IMG/VR virus record: IMGVR_UViG_3300025424_000032
Span: 1-28,262 of that record
Origin: a virus
Lineage: Duplodnaviria > Caudoviricetes
Strand: one strand, 5' to 3'
Length of the DNA stretch: 28,262 nucleotides
Both the position numbers and the translations under genes were made by a program. Below are positions 26,322 to 28,262 of the stretch, piece after piece (position 1 is the stretch's first letter; every line of letters starts with the position of its first letter). The notes beneath the pieces are model-generated. The model worked only from the letters and a program-made list of their open reading frames with translations, was not told the DNA's origin and made no database searches.

Positions 26322-26566
26322 TGTAGGGTCACCTTATGCAATTGGTAATCTGTAAATGGATCTAGATGCCAAACGTTATGAGCAACGAGGGCGCAAGCCT
26401 TTGCATACTCAGAGTTTTGTTGATTACACACATTTCCCACAAAAGCCAAGGCTTCTTCTACGTGTTTAAGGCGCATGAAAGCGAGGCGTAACAGTTCACG
26501 ATCGGGTTCATCTTCATTATTTGCCTTTTCCCGAAGGCGTTCTATTAAGACCTCGCTACTCATCAC
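26318..26566 (-). CDS. Hypothetical protein
   Basis: 82 aa with overlap-coupled start and stop; 'LIERLR' N-terminus. Confidence 0.65.
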   Translation of the reverse strand: MMSSEVLIERLREKANNEDEPDRELLRLAFMRLKHVEEALAFVGNVCNQQNSEYAKACALVAHNVWHLDPFTDYQLHKVTLQ

Positions 26567-26745
26567 AATACCTTCCGTGGTAATTTGCCTTGTAATTTAA
26601 ACGCCCGGTGAAGGGCTTGCCGATGGACACCTAGTTCTCTGGCCACTTGTGACATGGTCTTGCCACCGTATATCATTTCAAGAGCGTCATCTAGATATTC
26701 GGTAGTGTATTTATGGCTTGCGCCTTTCTTGCGGCCTCTTGGCAT
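26563..26745 (-). CDS. Small HTH DNA-binding protein (psq/CENP-B-like)
   Basis: MPRGRKK...YTTEYLDDALEMIYGGKTMSQVARELGVHRQALHR. ATG at 26745 has a GGAG RBS; the track's longer start crosses a terminator. Confidence 0.75.
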   Translation of the reverse strand: MPRGRKKGASHKYTTEYLDDALEMIYGGKTMSQVARELGVHRQALHRAFKLQGKLPRKVL

Positions 26746-26759
26746 TGTTTTCTCCGTTA

Positions 26760-26784
26760 TAAAAAGGTGGGGGCCGTAGCCCCC
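26760..26784 (-). terminator. Rho-independent terminator
   Basis: Minus strand GGGGGC-TACG-GCCCCC then ACCTTTTT. C(UACG)G tetraloop. Confidence 0.7.
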
Positions 26785-26789
26785 GGTTA

Positions 26790-27014
26790 TCAATCTATTT
26801 GGCAGTAGGCGTCGAGGGCGTCATGCATGTTGTAAAACACTTTATGAAACCACCGAGGATCTGTTGGGTGTAAATCATTTGTTCTAACAAAAAACGCTTC
26901 TGGTGCTTGTTTCCAACCATCCCAACCTGCCTTGCGACGTACTAGGGAAATTTCAAACGTCTTGTTACTTACACCGTCAATCTTTTTTGTCATTAGAACT
27001 TTTGGAAGTGTCAT
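26790..27014 (-). CDS. Hypothetical early protein (monocistronic)
   Basis: 74 aa with an AGGAG RBS, its own sigma70 promoter and a terminator. Confidence 0.7.
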   Translation of the reverse strand: MTLPKVLMTKKIDGVSNKTFEISLVRRKAGWDGWKQAPEAFFVRTNDLHPTDPRWFHKVFYNMHDALDAYCQID

Positions 27015-27056
27015 TTCTAATCTCCTATCTAGTCAGGACCGCCCTGAACAAAACCC

Positions 27057-27084
27057 ACTATATACATGGCTCAGATCGTGTCAA
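27057..27084 (-). promoter_or_regulatory. Sigma70-type promoter
   Basis: Minus strand TTGACA (27084-27079), 16 nt spacer, TATAGT (27062-27057), with AT-rich sequence upstream. Confidence 0.75.
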
Positions 27085-27097
27085 CAATAAATATCGA

Positions 27098-27373
27098 TCA
27101 TTTAGAATTTTTTTTACGCACCCGTACCTTGAAGGTTTTTTTCGGTTCTTCAAAGTTGTCCATGGCTACAAGGATATCGTGGTACAGGCTTTCATACATA
27201 CGGATTTCTTGTAGTAGATATTCAATCTGTTCAGCCGCAGCCCATTCAAGGGTGGTTTCTTTCGGCCATGTAGATTTACCAGTCTTTGGCGACCGTTCGG
27301 AATCTTCACACTCTTGGGCTTTTTTGCGTAAGGCGGCCATCAATTCAGATGGGAACATTTCACGGGGTAGCAT
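27098..27373 (-). CDS. Hypothetical protein
   Basis: 91 aa, AGGAG RBS, 'WPKETTLEWAAAEQIEYL'. Confidence 0.65.
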   Translation of the reverse strand: MLPREMFPSELMAALRKKAQECEDSERSPKTGKSTWPKETTLEWAAAEQIEYLLQEIRMYESLYHDILVAMDNFEEPKKTFKVRVRKKNSK

Positions 27374-27400
27374 TATAATCTCCTATACGCGAATGAGTAT

Positions 27401-27463
27401 TAACTGATATTATACGGTTACTCGTATGCGAAAAGTGTCTCTAAGTGATATTATATGGTTACT
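27401..27463. repeat. 22-bp direct repeat (41-bp period), each copy containing TATAAT on the minus strand
   Basis: taactgatattatacggttact (27401-27422) versus taagtgatattatatggttact (27442-27463): 20/22 identical. Confidence 0.75.
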
Positions 27464-27467
27464 TACT

Positions 27468-27566
27468 TTAACGCGAATGCCATTCTAATTTAATTACGTC
27501 ATCCCACGCTATAAACCATCCGCCGTCATGGGACACAAATTCAAATTTCCAAAAACTAAATTCCAT
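27468..27566 (-). CDS. 32-aa aromatic-rich micro-protein
   Basis: MEFSFWKFEFVSHDGGWFIAWDDVIKLEWHSR*. Starts in the junction repeat, which supplies a GAGG SD and ATG. Confidence 0.5.
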   Translation of the reverse strand: MEFSFWKFEFVSHDGGWFIAWDDVIKLEWHSR

Positions 27567-27579
27567 CACTCACCCTCTT

Positions 27580-27693
27580 TCAGTATTTGCGATATCTTGG
27601 CCGTGTACGGCGTGTCCAATTACCAATTCTATTAAATATCCGCCACATCATAGGGTCTCTTATACTTGCGGTTCCTTTGAGTTGAAAACACAT
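27580..27693 (-). CDS. 37-aa basic micro-protein
   Basis: MCFQLKGTASIRDPMMWRIFNRIGNWTRRTRPRYRKY*. Starts in one junction repeat and stops inside the next. Confidence 0.45.
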   Translation of the reverse strand: MCFQLKGTASIRDPMMWRIFNRIGNWTRRTRPRYRKY

Positions 27694-28013
27694 CACTCAC
27701 CCTCCTTCAGTGCGGCACGGCGTTTCTTTTCTTCCAAAAACAAATCAAGCGGATTGATTGCCGCATTATGCAACCAAGCTGGAAGAACATAACCGTTTTG
27801 ACGGGCATGAATTACGGCGTCAGCAAGAACAAGGCCGCTGTCTATAGCGTAATTTTTCCACGCTATTTGCCTGTCAAGTTCTTCCCGCAACTGTTCAATT
27901 ACGTTCGCGGCTTCTGATCCATCTGGATTTACAGGCACTTGAAGATAAACCAGTTCTTGCCCAATAGTGGCAGTTTCTTCTTCAGTATGTCGCAACCGTT
28001 CAACAATATCCAT
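27693..28013 (-). CDS. Hypothetical protein (MDIVERLR...AALKEGE type)
   Basis: 106 aa from ATG 28013. 'NPDGSEAANVIEQLREEL' coiled coil. Bounded by junction repeats. Confidence 0.75.
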   Translation of the reverse strand: MDIVERLRHTEEETATIGQELVYLQVPVNPDGSEAANVIEQLREELDRQIAWKNYAIDSGLVLADAVIHARQNGYVLPAWLHNAAINPLDLFLEEKKRRAALKEGE

Positions 28014-28032
28014 CACTCACCCTCCTACAATT

Positions 28033-28146
28033 TTAAATGCATACACACGCAATGAAAATGAACCATCCCCATCCATCTGCCCCGCGCATTGCGGTAACAG
28101 CCGCGCAAACAAGGGCAACACAGGCGACAAGGTGCTTATCTGCCAT
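28033..28146 (-). CDS. 37-aa hydrophobic hairpin membrane peptide (GWGWF motif)
   Basis: MADKHLVACVALVCAAVTAMRGADGWGWFIFIACVCI*. Starts in the junction repeat with an AGGAGG SD. Confidence 0.6.
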   Translation of the reverse strand: MADKHLVACVALVCAAVTAMRGADGWGWFIFIACVCI

Positions 28147-28262
28147 CACTTACCCTCCTTCAGTGCGGCATCAGAGATAATTCCTAATCCATTGGCTAAT
28201 ATTAAAGCAACAACGCCAAGTTGGTCGTCTAATTCTTGCCCATTCTCTTTCCAAATTTCAGC
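28146..28262 (-). CDS. 3' end of hypothetical protein (partial)
   Basis: Open frame ...AEIWKENGQELDDQLGVVALILANGLGIISDAALKEGK* ending in the junction repeat. Confidence 0.55.
   Translation of the reverse strand, partial: AEIWKENGQELDDQLGVVALILANGLGIISDAALKEGK

Larger units (their letters stand above)
27564..28170 (-). repeat. Four copies of gene-junction repeat (TGCCGCACTGA)AGGAGGGTGAGTGATG
   Basis: Copies at 27564-27584, 27691-27717, 28011-28026 and 28144-28170. Each provides an SD and TGATG. Confidence 0.88.

Noticed and set aside
26746-26793. N-terminal extension of the HTH ORF in the track
   Set aside because: It spans the terminator hairpin, and ATG 26745 has the RBS.
27564-28170. Junction repeats as a CRISPR array or integron attC sites
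   Set aside because: Spacing is irregular (about 127, 320 and 133 bp), spacers are ORFs, repeats are non-palindromic SD/stop/start sequences, and there is no cas or integrase gene in the window.

Overview
This window is a 28 kb piece of a tailed dsDNA bacteriophage genome (Caudoviricetes). Its gene order resembles uncultured freshwater podovirus-like phages, and the host may be an alphaproteobacterium (weak inference). Nearly all genes are on the minus strand. Read right to left: an array of tiny early genes joined by a repeated junction sequence, an HTH gene, a calcineurin-like metallophosphoesterase, one plus-strand very acidic protein, and an AT-rich non-coding region. Next come terS, terL, portal, two very large low-complexity proteins studded with a recurring 'x-[KA]-x-G-G' motif, a GroES-like co-chaperonin, scaffold, decoration and major capsid genes. 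These are followed by several small basic or His-rich proteins, head-tail proteins and a 1859-aa tail fibre with a C-terminal S74 chaperone. The best leads are: (1) a shared di-glycine motif that splits several head-module proteins into segments, suggesting polyprotein processing or a capsid-loading tag; (2) a pseudoknot-like RNA switch over the ribosome-binding site of the operon containing GroES and scaffold; (3) twin hairpins with near-identical loops in the capsid-operon leader; (4) a 4-copy gene-junction repeat that defines shufflable micro-gene cassettes. All calls come from reading motifs and synteny; no database searches were run.
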